Positions 1-12,853 of a DNA stretch of 64,000 nucleotides are shown here, piece after piece. The notes under the pieces are model-generated. The model had not been told where the DNA came from. It saw only the letters and a list, made by a program, of their open reading frames with translations, and did no database searches. The stretch is from Lama glama. Its lineage: Eukaryota. The position numbers and the translations under genes are program-made. Each line of letters starts with the position of its first letter. Within the stretch, counting starts at the first letter, position 1. Location: NCBI GenBank assembly GCA_028534125.1, contig CM052816.1:86120001-86184000 (forward strand). Reading direction: 5' to 3'.

Positions 1-241
1 TCCTTCTAAGAAGAGGAAGAGACACTAGGAGCGTGCATGCACAAAGAAAAGGCAATGTGAGGACATGGTTAGAAGGTGGCCATCTGCAAGCCGAAGAGAA
101 AGATCTCACTGTGAAGTAACCCTGCTGATTTCTTGATCTTAGACATCCAGCCTACATAATAGTGAGAAAATTCATTTCTGTTATTTAAGCCTCCAAGTCT
201 GTAGCAGTATTCTGTTATGGCAGTTCTAGCTGAGTAATATA
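1..241 (+). mobile_element. MaLR LTR 3' part (MLT1A/B-like), cut by window edge
   Basis: Typical MLT1 motifs 'atgtgaggaca..agaaggtggccatctgcaagcc' and 'aaattcatttctgttatttaagcctccaagtctgt..gttatggcag..ctagctgagtaata'. Confidence 0.85.
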
Positions 242-324
242 GTGAGATTGGGCTTTAAACTGGCTTTTATGATTATTCATTACTATGTCCAAATAACACT
301 CAGCCTTTTGTAAAAGAATAAGAT

Positions 325-960
325 TGAAACTGAGCAAGTCACTATGGGGCCTTCCCAGGGACAGACCTTTGTGTCCCCTACCTCTTGTTTGTATAAAAGC
401 TTTAGCTTCTTAGGCCTTCCCTTAGTTCTGAAGAGCAAATTTAATTAGAGAAGTGAGAAAATACAGAAACAAAAGAAAACAGTCAAGCAAGGCAAAATAA
501 TAATTTAGCCAGAAAACAAAATCAGGTACCTTTAGTTCCTCCTCAGTGTCAAAGATAATATCTGAGCCCTACCCTTGAGTTGTTATGCAGACATTAAAAC
601 CCTCACCAGGTGGAAGAAGTTAACTGCGTGCTCACCAACAGCATTTAGACCCCAGACTGGTTGGAAGCAGAAGGTTGATGACTGAGATTCTGGAAACAAC
701 ACCCTGTTACCTCACCAGTGACCAATCAGAGAATTATGCACGAGCTGATCATACACCCTGTGACCCCCTCCCTCACATTGTCTTTAAAAACCCTTCCCTG
801 AAAGCTATCAGGGAGTTCAGGTCTTCTGAGCACAAACTGCTGATTCTCCTTGCTTGAACCCATGTAGGGTGCCTCGCAATAAATGCTGCACTTTCCTTCA
901 TAACTCGGTCAGTAGATTGGCTTTACTGGGAAAGCCAGCAGAATCAATTTTGGTTTGGCA
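325..960 (+). mobile_element. Solo LTR, ERV1-like
   Basis: Starts TGAAAC; TATA-like 'tttaaaa' ~783; AATAAA ~878; U5-like tail ending 'tttggca'; no clear TSD. Confidence 0.75.
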
Positions 961-2769
961 ATGGGATTTTTTTTTTCCCCTTCTCAGTCATTCCTGTAGG
1001 AGAGGTCATCATCAATTGTTTAGATGTTCAACTGTATGTTGATTCTTCATGAAGACAGAATTGTGGAGGTCCTATGTGTAGCCTGAAGGTTGAATAATAT
1101 TATTTCATCTTGTTTTAATTTTTGCCTCATACATTGAATTATCTGCTGCCTAGAAATATATAAGATTCTGGACAACAGATAGGTGAGATAAATAAAAATA
1201 ACAGAAAGCATTCTAAGAAGGTACAGAACACACTCTGTAGTCATGACCTAGTATTGTCCAGACCTGACCAAGAAAATAAGTCTTAATGATTCTGAATCTA
1301 TTTTAGATAGGCAAGGTACCTTTCTTTTAGATAGTAGTGCCATTGCATCCTCCCCTCATAGAAAGCCCAAAAAACAAAATAAAACAAAATCCCAAAGCCT
1401 TTTTAATATTCTACAGCTAACTGCCTAAAATTGAAATCAGTTTGTGGTACACTAACAGCATTTGATATAAGTATGTAAATATAAACTAATAATGAGAAAA
1501 GGCATAATCAGAAGAGTAAAGGAACAATACATGAAAAGGAGATGAGAAAGTCAGTGGCCCCAGGCTTCTAGAATTTCCTTTTAATGGTCTTGGACAGATG
1601 CTGTTTACTTTGTGTAGCGGGCTAGTTGTTCTGAAGACTTTATAACTGCCTTCAACTTCTCATATTAAACAAGAAGTAACAAGACGATATCATTCAAAAT
1701 CACCTATGCAAACTTAGAAAAGATTAATATAATTATAATTTATAAACCAAAATGTCAGTTTAGTGATTTTAAATGACTTAACACACCTCAAATGCTGAAT
1801 TTTACCATTCATTGGTTCAAAGGACTCTGTCTGTCAGAAGATTATACTATAAATTAGGTTATTAGTCAGTAAGCCTAGAAGGAGATATTTCAAGGGATTT
1901 TTTTTCCATGAAAATATTGAAGAGGAATAAATAATACTATTCTACTTTAATCATATTTTTCTTTAGATAGACAAATTTTATTCTGAAAAATCAGAGCACT
2001 GTGTAGTGCTAAAACCATACTCATAAATTCTAAAATATTGATTTTTTTTTTATTTAGACTCCATGAGCTATACACTTCTTCTGTTAGGACATAACAGTCA
2101 TGTTTATATTTATAGTATGATAAATTACAAATTAATTTCAAAATTTAATAATGAATTATCAAGCACTTACGTGATAGAGGTAAAGTTGAAGGAAATAATT
2201 TCTACTTCAGTAAGTTTGTAGGCAGGTGAGAAATACGAAATTTCGTCTGCCATGTGGAAATAGAAAAGAAACAAAATGAGGAACATTTCATTAACCTGAA
2301 GGAAATCTTTGGGCCCCAATTGCAGGGGCTCTCAAGTTACTATCAAGTTGAATTCATTGCCTATGATATCCTACAGATTCCTGGAATAATTTCTGAAATC
2401 TAAAACATATTTACCATATAGAAATATCTCAAAAAACACCAATAAAAACACTATGTTAAGCAGCAAGGTATGCGTATGAAAAAAAAAGCTTTGCTTCTGA
2501 TTTCATGAAATATCAGATAGAACGGACCAATCAACTAAGGAATGAATCAAAATGAAAAATTCCTTAACATGGATTTTCTGCAAATGAAAAAAAAAAGGAG
2601 AAATCATAAGTAATAAATTTGAAAGAATAAAGACAAGTAAGGAATAGAAATGATGAGTAAATGCATGAGGAGGTTTGGGTGACTTGAAAATTTAAGAAAT
2701 TCACATTGAAATATGAACATTGTACCATTTAAAATTAGATATTAAGAATAACTTCACCAGTTCTGGCTA

Positions 2770-3840
2770 TTATTGTTTTTTACTTCTGATCTATGCTGCA
2801 CCTTCTTCACTGTTCTTTGTGTCCACTAATGCTAACCTGTATGGTCTACATTGACGTGTACCCTTGCCCTCTGACTTCTAGCTATTTGGCTAGCTCAGGA
2901 CATTGCTAGAGCTTTCAAGAAAGAGGGAAGAATGATGTCGGGGATTTATTTCCTCTAGCTCCTTTCTTGTAGAATGGATTTTCTCTTGGTCATTTTAGAT
3001 TCATAGTTTAACCAGAAGTCAGATAGGTGGGCTCTCTATTGGCCAGGGAAAATGACCAGGCACACTGGGATGCTGCTCTACAAGCAGAGCAAGGATGACT
3101 TGTTAAATTTGAGCCAATGGTATATTGCAGTAATCCAGTAAGTACTAGAGACATGATTACCAAAAATTCAGTTTCCACAAAAGTAAAGTTTCACCCAGGT
3201 AAATAAAGAATCCCCCGTCAGCCAAGCTGCCAGCCCAGAGTATCAGGAGCATTACTTAGGTTTTAGGTACAACTCCAGAAGCAGGGAGCAAAGCAGCCAT
3301 CTTTTATTTGCTTACTTTTCCTTTGTTACACACTCTCTTGTATGAAGAATACTGCCAACTCACCTCTTAGGTTGCATATATAACTGCGATCGAATTGTCA
3401 CCAGCTCTTGAGAATAGAGAGGCTGAAAAGATTTATGTGCCTTTTACTCACAGAAAGAACAGAAATATACACCAGGAGGCAAACTGAGTGTGTGGTGCTC
3501 ACTCTTTCAGTTTCCTCTTTAGAGCCATGCTTTGACCTTGTTTTCTGTGCCCTATAGGGCTGAGCTATGTGGACAAAATCAAAATTGGCTATTTCTGCCT
3601 TCTGGCTTCCTGTCAAGCAATCGCTCAACACAGCCTTCTCTGTCTCAGACCGAGGCTGTTCCTCCCTCCCCTTGCCTTTCGGGCCTGAGGTGGTAGTGGA
3701 GCCCACTTAATTCCACTTCCAGTACTCCATCCCTTGCAGTTTCCTTACATATGGTCCACACGTTTATAAGCAATCATTTAAATTCACTCTCAGCAAATTA
3801 TGAGAATATAAACTTTCCATTTCTTTCCTACTCTCTTTGA
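2770..3840 (+). mobile_element. ERVL LTR33-like element, interrupted at ~2980-3590
   Basis: 'cccttgccctctgacttcta..gatgtcggggatttatttcctctagctcc' and the resumed 'cctccccttgcctttcgggcctgaggtggtagtgg' resemble LTR33 as I recall it. Confidence 0.6.
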
Positions 3841-3992
3841 TAGCTGCCCAAGATGTTCAAGAGTGCTGAGTTGGTAATATTAGAAGTATCGCTTCAGCTG
3901 TAAATTATTACAGTTTTCCAAAGGCAGTTTGATTATATGTACTAAATATCCTGAAAAGATATTAATTAAGGTAGGCTAAACTGTGGTATAAA

Positions 3993-4533
3993 TGTTAGGT
4001 AGTAAGACAAGTGGGGAAAAGTGAGGGCAGTTAAGGTAGAGGAGATGGGGGATGGCCCAGAAGATGGCGGTATGCCCACCTTCAGCATAAAGGGGCTTTG
4101 CCTCCTCTAAATGAGTGCCAGCAAGAAGCCAGTTAGAACTCGACAGCTGCAACTACAAGGACTTAACTGGACATGACTCCATGTTCACTGTAATATAATT
4201 AGCATTGCGGTTTAGTACCCCCTACCCCATGGATTTTTTTGTGTCTGTTATGGGTAAGGACATGCACAAAAGGGGACAAGCATGACTACATTCCAGGGGC
4301 AAAAGCCATCAATCAATCAAAAGCCCACCTCTAAGCAAAGGTATAAGAGAAGGGGCAGAGACCACGGCTGTCCTCCCTCGGATCAGCCCACCTCCCGTTC
4401 TCGGAGATGTACTTTCCCTTTGCTAATAAATCCTTTAAAATCTTTTGCTACACAATGATCTGTCTCCAGTCAAAATTTTTATCTTCGGGTATAACAAGAG
4501 TTGGGATCTTTTCCCTTCCCCTTTTGGGTAACA
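3993..4533 (+). mobile_element. Solo LTR (ERV1-like) inserted into an old MLT1
   Basis: TGTTA...TAACA termini; TATA-like 'gtataag' ~4341; AATAAA ~4425; near-TSD TAAA/GAAA. Confidence 0.8.
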
Positions 4534-4990
4534 GAAATAGTACTCCATAATTTAGCAGCTTAAAGAACAAGAAGTTTGTTTGTCAAATAGCAGTCCTGGG
4601 CAGATGTGCAGGCCAGCAGAACACTTTTCTTATGTCACATAGACATTACGAAGCTAAGGCCATAGCTGATATTAAACTTAACAAATATTTCCAAGGTCAT
4701 CTTTATTGTTACCATGCAAGTCAATACTGAATCATTATGCTGTATACCTGGAACTAATACAATATTATAAACCACCTATATTTCAGTTGTAAAAAAATGC
4801 AAAAAGAACATGAAAGATCTTACCAGGAGGTTTTATTAGGAAGATCTGGAAGTGATGCCCATTGATTCTACTAACATTTTATTGGAGAAAATTTAACTAC
4901 ATAGCCATACCTAATTGTAAGGAAGGATGGGAAAAATAATCTAGTTTTGTCCTCAATAAATGGGACAACATACATCAGTTGACAGCAAGA
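4534..4990 (-). mobile_element. Old MLT1 remnant (its other end at ~3960-3992) with a short + strand L1 3' tail at ~4725-4800
   Basis: MLT1-like 'gatctggaagtgatgcccattgattctactaacattttattggagaaaa..catagccatacctaattgtaagg'; L1 tail 'ctgaatcattatgctgtatacctggaactaatacaatatt'. Confidence 0.55.
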
Positions 4991-5871
4991 AGTCTTTTAC
5001 AGTTCAAGAAAGTTTCTAAGAAAAAAATTTAGTCACATAAGTATACTTGTACAGGTTATATATCATACTAAACTTTTATAATAGGAAATTGAAGACAAAA
5101 TACTTGTTCTAATATCAGTGATTGGTTAAATGATTATAGTTCTTGCATTTATTAGTGAATTATTAGCAAGTCATTTAGAATTATAATTTAGAATATCTTA
5201 AAATGTGGCTTGCTGCTATATATCTGTGTATTATTCTAAATTTAAGTACTCCGTGTGTATTTTTTTTTAGGGTGGCAAAGGAATAGAAAATATATGAACT
5301 GTGGTGATCTCTGTGTGTGGGTTTTTTGTATTTCTTTAAATGCTTCTGTGTTTCTAAATACTTCTACCATGATTATGTATAATTTTTATAATCAAAATAA
5401 AAAGTGCAAAATTATTTATAATAGTTATGTAAGCATATCATTTGAACTATTTTAAATACAAATAGGTAGCAAATTCTTTTTACAATGAAAAAGTATATTT
5501 TCCACATTCTAACTTGTTAGAAAAAGGGAACAGAATTTCCTCCTACACATGAGAAAAAAATCACCTTGGGGAAGAGGCAAAATATGCGACACTTTAGTGC
5601 AAACCGAGACTTTTTCAGAATCGTGTCAGGTTCTGAAAACAGAAGTTTATAATAGAAACTGTTTAGTAACATTAATCATAGCATTTGGTACAGTCTTGCC
5701 CATAATGTCTAAACATTTATTTAAATCTCTTGTTAGGGTTATAAAAATACCTATGTATAGAGTGTTTATTAAATTTATATCAAAATATCAAAACATTTTG
5801 TTTTTTTAAAAAATGTTCAACTGTTAAGGGATATTAATGATATTGATATGTCAATAGTTATATTGAATCTA

Positions 5872-6048
5872 GGGGGGAGGGGTATAGTTCAAGTGTTAGA
5901 GTGCATGCTTAGCATGCACAAGGTCCTGGGTTCAATCCCCAGTGCCTCCTCCAAAAATAAATAAACCTAATTACTTCCCCCCCCTTATCCTGCCAAAATT
6001 TCAAAAAAATTAAATAATACATTAATAAATAAATAAATAAATATTTTA
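5872..6048 (+). mobile_element. tRNA-derived SINE, camelid Vic-1-like
   Basis: tRNA-Ala-like head with A box 'tagttcaagtg' and B box 'ggttcaatcc'; A-rich (TAAA)n tail; 19-bp TSD aatagttatattgaatcta (5853-5871) / aatagttatattaaaacta (6049-6067). Confidence 0.9.
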
Positions 6049-8303
6049 AATAGTTATATTAAAACTAGATCTCAAATATATTTATCTTGAGAAAAATATG
6101 AAGGAATCTTAAAAGTTTTAAAAATTCAGTTTTCTTTATTTTTTTTCAAACTCTATGGAATTAAAATTTTCTAAGCAGGGACAGAATTCCACAGTTCAGC
6201 TTTCTTCTTTTAGACTCTTATTAGAATTTCTTAAACAGCTGATTTAAGTGATTTTAGTTCCTTTTCAAATTTTGAGAAGTATTCAAGTTGAAGAGAAAAC
6301 TAAATTAATCTGTATGTCTATGTGTATGTATGTATATGTATATATATGTACATAAATATGTATATTAACATGTTATACATGTATATGCAAAATAGTGAGG
6401 ACTGTTGCTGGTAACTGAACTTATCAAGCCCCTCTGATTGCCATAGTGGTGATATTGCCTGATACATTAAACATAACCTTGTTTCTTTCTCAGTTAACTG
6501 CTGCTACATGGCTCTATCACTACAGAATGCCATCATCAAAAATGACATCAGGAAACTCATTTAAGTGGCAGTGTCTCCCAAATTCACCTTCAGCACTGAG
6601 AGGAAATACTACGTAACACTTTTTTTCCTCATAGGTAAAATTACTGTATATTACAAGTAGATAAGAATTTTATTACAATACTTTTATCACACTTAAAAGT
6701 TTAAAAATAATCTATTCACACTGTGTTATAACAGTCCATATTCATTTTTCCCCATAGTATCAAAAATATATTTTTGTGGGCTTTGTTGTTATTTGAATCA
6801 AGATCTAAATATGATCCATCTTTTAATTTATTACAGCATCTTCCTCAGTTTATATTTTCACACCAATTATTTATTTATTCATTACTTAAATATGATTGTT
6901 CATACTTAGAATTTTCCATTTTCTGGATTTAGATTATTTCATATTCATGGTGTCATTCAACATATTCCTCTATTGCCTTAATTTTCTGTGAGTAGGAAGT
7001 TAGATTTTGAGATGATTAATTCTGGTGAGGACAATTTGAGTTACTCAGACAAGGCAAAAATGGAGTATTGAATTAACTACTTAGGGGAGTAAGCCATAGT
7101 AAAAACAGAAACCTGTTGAATATTCTTTGAAAATTTTCAAATGGAATATGAATTGGTGGGAAGAGACACTAAACACATATTTATTTCTGATTTATTTAAC
7201 CAAGGTTGTAGTACTTGACTGCACAGAGCACAAGCAAATGAATACAAATTAATGTGGCTTTCCTTGTCCTCCTGTTTCTCTCTGGGGACACTCTGCATGC
7301 AGATTATGTCTTGTTAGTGTTGAAAACACAGCCGCACTAATGTCTTTCAATAATCTTTTTATACTCCAGGTTACAGCATCTTCCTAAAAGATTTACATTA
7401 CTAATCTTTACACTTCTCTTAAAGTAAATACTTCTAAATACTGCTGTTCTCTGGTAACTAGAGCAACTCAGCCTCAAGTGAGGCCCTCTCAGCAAGGGCA
7501 GCAGGGTCTCTTCCCAGGTGGCCCCCAACAGTCCCCATCTCCAGGATCCCAGATAGCCCCTCTCTACACTGGATTTTCTCCGAGGCGTGGGGAGAGTGAT
7601 ACCATTAGCACGTCCAGACTGATGTAGCAGCGCGTGTTTTTAATTTAAGCCTCTGGGATAATATTTTAAAGAACTAAAGGAGACTATGATGGATTAGCAG
7701 TTCATTTACATAATACATTAAGATGATTTTTTTTTCTGATACAGACAGCAGATCAATTCAGCTTGGTTCCTGAAGAATAAAATACCAAGACAATAGGCCT
7801 GACAGAAATGAAACAGTGCTTTAGCTTTGCATAGAACCTCTGCTTCCTGTCTACACAACACATTTATTAGGTGACAACTGAACGTTCTATTAATCTCACT
7901 AAAGCTTTTGAGTGAAACTTGATTTTCATTAAACTCTGATAATAGTTTCATGAATAAAATCTGGTAACTGTTAATATTCTAGTATATGGCTTAAATCTAA
8001 ATATAAAAAAGACTAGTCACCAAATATTCAATACATGTTGCATGGAGTCATAGATAAGCCATTTGCACATAAGATTCCTGTTGAATTAGATGACTTTTAT
8101 CCATTTTTGTAATTTCAAAATTTCAAAAATATATGATTTCTAAAAAATACCTTGATTTATCTTCATAAATGTGCATATGTATCAGTAACTCAGATACCTC
8201 CATGTCCCCTTAACTCTACAACTTTTTTGTAGCATATGGTTATTTAATTCTACTTATACCTAATAAAACATAGCATGATTAAGTGTAATAGTTTTCATGA
8301 TCA

Positions 8304-8775
8304 TGTGAACTAAAAATTGTCACTCGCCATCTGGTTATACAAGAATGAAGTCACTGGTCACTGAATTTGCTGACCTTCGACACACCCTGAAAGGAGTTCA
8401 GTGCAGAGATCAGGAGTGAGGCACTCTGTGCTCTGAGGAACACTGACAGAATAGAACTTCTGATAGCTAGATATTTTTAGGAGAAAATTTTATGAGCTCA
8501 ATTTCTTGCATCTTCTCCTATCTAGAAAAGCACTAAAATTATTAACAGAGACATCTGCGCCTCGTGACTAGCAGCAGCCTTCTTGTGACTAATAGCAACT
8601 TTCTGCCAAAATACGTGTTTGATTGCACATTTCCTCTGTTCACTAAATCACATGTATACTGACGTCCCACTACCTCTGCAGAGCAGTTACTCAGAACTAT
8701 CTCCTGGGCTGTAGACCTCATTTGGCCCCAAATAAAACTGAACTCACAACATTGTGAAATGTTTTTCAGTTAACA
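8304..8775 (+). mobile_element. Complete solo LTR, ERV1 class
   Basis: TG...CA termini, AATAAA ~8730, perfect 4-bp TSD ATCA at 8300-8303 and 8776-8779. Confidence 0.9.
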
Positions 8776-8819
8776 ATCACATTTTTTGTTGATGATTTAG
8801 CCTATCAATTTAATTATTT

Positions 8820-8840
8820 TATATATATATATATATATAT
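8820..8840. repeat. (TA)n microsatellite
   Basis: Directly visible TA run. Confidence 0.95.
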
Positions 8841-9109
8841 TTGATAAATTATTTCAATTTGATTATATGTAGAGAGAGGAGATATGGATGATTTAAAAAC
8901 AGTAACTTGGATGTGAAGGACTGCGTCGATATTTGGTAAGATTGAAAAGGGATATATTTCTCCATTTTTACATTATAAAGAATAACTGTTTATATTTCTG
9001 GTCAGTTTGCATCTTGAGCCTATCCAGTATCTTTGTCTTCATTCCTTCATTTAGCTATAAAAGCAACCCTGTATTTTTTTAATAAAACATTCTAAGCCCA
9101 TTTTCACTA

Positions 9110-9845
9110 TAATTGGATGATGTTGATCTCCCTAATCCCCACCTCCAATTTAGGAGTGAATATGTTACCCCAGCCTGGTCCATTAGAGTGCCAAAACTCT
9201 GGGAAAAAGTAATTGGGAAAGGAAAGAAATGGCGGAAGCAAATCCTGTTTAATTTCCTTCTTTCCTGGCATAGAAGAAAATATATTTTCTAGCCCCTCCT
9301 TCATTCATGTGGGTCCATGTGATTGAATTCTTGGCGAGCCAGTTCAGAGTGCTTTTCCTGTGTTTCCTCTCTCTCCCCTTGCTGTGGAAATATTGAAGGC
9401 ATGATTTAAAGATGGCAAGACTTCAAGATGAAAGAGAGCCCCCTGACCTGCATCAGTCATAGCTTGGGCCACAAATAATACTTTTTTGTGTTAAACTACC
9501 ATGAGCAGCTGTGTATTTATGACCACAGCAAGCCTTACCTAGTCTGACTAGCAGAGATGGGCATGCAACCCTACGTCAATAAGATGGTCTAGAATTACTG
9601 TTAGAGGTATTATAAATATAATCAATCTGTTTCAATTGATGTTGCCAGAATAATGGAATGTAAGCTTAGTGATGCTGGAAGTCAACTTTCACGATAGGAA
9701 GATCCAGCTGATTTTATTAGAGTATTTGAATATTCATCTGTAGCCACAAAGGAACATTTGAAATGTTAAGTGAATAAATTCTTTTTTTTTTTAAGCCAAT
9801 GTAAGTTTTCTGTCATTTGCATCTTGAAGAGCTAAGATTGATAAC
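9110..9845 (+). mobile_element. Old ERVL LTR (LTR16-like) containing an MLT1J-like element at ~9230-9553
   Basis: MLT1 motifs 'ccatgtgattgaattcttggc..aagatggc..aaataatactttttgtgttaaactac..ctagtctgactagca'; LTR16-like 'ccagcctggtccattagagtgcc' and 'gtttctgtcatttgca'. Confidence 0.5.
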
Positions 9846-11418
9846 AGCCATAGAATTTTCAGGTTTTCTGCAAACTTGCTGTACCCATATTTTAGCCTTT
9901 GAACGTGAAGATTCCCATTTGATTCCCATGAATAGAGAAATGGCAGTGAATAAGTAGGGCTTCTCTTTTAAATCTCACCAGAGAGTCAGTATGATTCGTA
10001 TCCTGAAATAATTTTGTGTTGTGCTTCTTGGTGCAACTTAATTGAAATTAACCTCTGGATAGCTTCTGTTCATCATAGTTTCTGTTCAAATGCACAAACA
10101 CACACATTCACACTTACGTTACCACTTTTAAACATACAACTTAGAAACCATAGTTAAATCCTAATACCCTAGACAACCATAATACCCACGCTCATACTGG
10201 GTGCATCTTTGTTTTTTGAATATTTTTAGCTATGAAAATATCATAATCCCATCACATACCTGCTGAGCTCTAGAAAATCTCTGCTCTTTAAAAATCAATT
10301 TTACAGACTTAATTTTTCTTGTTTTCCCAGTTTTATTAGGCTAAATCTTATAAGCTCCAGGTTAAAATTAAACTACAAAAACTTCCTGAATCTTATTTTT
10401 ATTGATTTTTGCAGACACAGCTTTAAAAATGACTGTTACGTAAACACTCCAGGAGACTTTTGTCCTGTATATGAAGATTCTCAGAGATTGTTTATATTTA
10501 GGATTATCTATATGAATTTGAATCATAGATGTCTAGGTTTAAGTTAGTAGGCAGTATTTAAGACAGTTCTTTGTGTGTTAGATCACAAATCAGTTGATCC
10601 CAATAGTATGGCATATTTGCTCTACTATTATTATTATGGGTTCCCAACAGTGGTTTATGTTTACATACTGAGATGTAAAATACTTTTCTACAGAATATTA
10701 AAATGTGAAGTAAAAATAATATGCTGTAAAGAAGCCCATAATTTATTTTAAGGGGAACATTAAAAAGTATAGGCTGATTTTCTGCAAGTGTAATCTTATT
10801 ATCCACTAACAGTTTTAGCTTTTTTTTTTGAATCATAAATTTTCCAGACTTCTCATAATATTGTCTCTGTATTAATTCACTTATTGATTGATTTAACAAT
10901 TCCCTACTGGATTTACTGTAAACTATCTATTTCAATCATAAAAAGGTTGACTGCAGACTGAACTCACACTATTGGAACATTTCACTAATATGAGTTAAGA
11001 GGAAGATTGTTACTTTTCATTCTCATGTCTGAAAACAATCAGTTAAATAATTGTGGATAAGCCTGATCAGCCGTTTCAGGAAGCAGTCACAAAAAAAGTG
11101 AACTGAAATTTCAAGACCTTTTGTTCATGTGGAGAACTTAATTTCCAAAAATTACGTTATAAGGATTTCTGTTAAATTTTGTCCCAGAGATGCTGATAAA
11201 GAAGTCTAGCCTAATACAACCATGTAAATGAGTTAAATCATGTAAAACACTGGAGACATCTGTCATTACTATGGAATCAGACCCTCCATGTCTTCATTTA
11301 AGTCATTGAATAAAACGGTGAGGATCTCTTATTTATAATGATAATATTTGAAGCTGGTCCATTATTCAACAGTTTTTCAGCTAAGAAAACCTCCCACATA
11401 AGAGCATGATCCTGGTAT

Positions 11419-12424
11419 TGTTAGCAAATAGAGGGACCCCTAAATTAGGAAGGCCACCAAAGTGTGGGTCCTTACCAGTAGCTCCAAAAAGAATTCACAC
11501 AGCAGAAGCAAAGGGACAAAGTGAACAGCTGCAATAAGCTCAGAAGGGGAAAAGGAAAGCTCTCAAATGGAGAATGGCAGAAAAGCGCTTGAGTGGGGAA
11601 CCATCAGCCAAGATGGCCAGTAGAGATAGCTCCATCTGTGGCTCAAGCCACATGTGGACTTTTATGGGAGGCTTCCACCGTCATGTCCTCCATCTGGGTG
11701 TGCTGAAGCCAACTGCCTCATCTTCCATTCTTGTACTGTTTTTGGTAATTAGGTTCTTGTCTTATAGCAGAAGGAATTCAGAGATGAGATAAGGAAGTTA
11801 AGAAAATAAAGTGGGGATTTATTAAGGGATGGATAGTAGAATAGGCAGAATATTCATTTGGAAGGGAAGGGTTTGGTGCCGTGTTCCCTGATTTCCATCC
11901 CAGCTCCACCGTCCGGAGTGAAGGAGGGATTTTTCTCCTTATTTAGTCTGGATATGAAGTGTCTTGGCACCAGGGCATGATGGGTACTTCTTATTTGCAA
12001 GGCTAATTTTGTTGTAATGAGGGCATGATGAACAAAATGTTACATTCTGACACTGGAGATTCCTGCCTCATGCCACCTGTCTTTGTCTGCCTCCAGGACA
12101 CTTGTTACCCCCAAAATGTGTGATCTCTTATCAGTCCTGAGGTTCCTGCTTTTCTGTCTGCCCAACAATCCCCATTGTTCACATGATGTATGGTTTCCTT
12201 CATTTGGCCTGTGACTCCCTTTCTCTGCTCATATCTAGTTGTCTGCCTTCTCTAACTGTATGGGCTTATAATGAGGCTGAAGGTCCACTGGATGTCAAAT
12301 CCTTTGCCATCTTGGGCTTTGCAGTTCTAACCAGGGCTTGTCTTCCGAGTCTTAGTTAAGAGCAATTGGTTTCTATTTAATGGAGGGGCAGGGGTATAAT
12401 CCTGGGGGCAACAGCCTTGGTAAA
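11419..12424 (-). mobile_element. ERV LTR hosting a nested LTR
   Basis: Begins TGTTAG; LTR-like sequence resumes after 12257 and runs to 'cagccttggtaaa'. Confidence 0.65.
11737..12257 (-). mobile_element. Nested solo LTR, ERV1 class
   Basis: TGTT...TAACT termini (last base mutated from CA); minus-strand AATAAA ('tttatt' ~11818); near-TSD GTAC/GTAT. Confidence 0.75.
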
Positions 12425-12853
12425 AAAAAGGAAAGTTGCTTTTAATCAGAATTCTGGCAATCTGATGGACCCAGTGTCTCCCCAAAAAAAAATCCCCAAA
12501 GATTTTGCTCAGTGATAAACAAGAGACAGTTGGGAGGCCTTAGTTACTGCAGAAGATCTTAAAGATATTATTATGTATATTCCTTGAGAAGGAGCTAGGA
12601 CCCTGCCCCAAGGCTGCACTATTGTTTCTTGACTGTTCTAAAGGAACCAGGACTCTACCCCAAGGCTGTACTATTGTTTCTTGACCTCCCTCATTTCTGC
12701 ATTCTATACCTTCCCTGATTAGCAACTGTTTGAATCTGCCCTTGGAACTCAGGGAGGGTCAAGGAGGCTACCTGAAACCTATTTCCTAAAGAAGAGAAAT
12801 GGGAGACAGAAAGGATTTGTATCTGGGAGGGCCCACCTGGTCTGCTCCTTTCA
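12425..12853 (-). mobile_element. 3'-truncated ERV1-like LTR related to the one at 325-960
   Basis: Reverse complement starts 'tgaaaggagcagaccaggtgggccctcccagatacaaatcc', similar to 'tgaaactgagcaagtcactatggggccttcccagggacagacc'; internal ~36-bp direct repeat (12598-12633 / 12650-12685). Confidence 0.7.

Noticed and set aside
5872..5947. Functional tRNA-Ala gene
   Set aside because: Followed by a SINE body and A-rich tail and flanked by a TSD; stems mismatched
6494..6612. Possible 119-nt + strand exon with one open frame
   Set aside because: Good acceptor but weak donor (AC|GTAACA), no recognisable peptide and no partner exons
10414..10550. Peptide 'DCYVNTPGDFCP' reminiscent of a calcium-binding EGF motif after a good acceptor
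   Set aside because: Cysteine spacing does not fit EGF and the frame runs into a stop without a convincing donor
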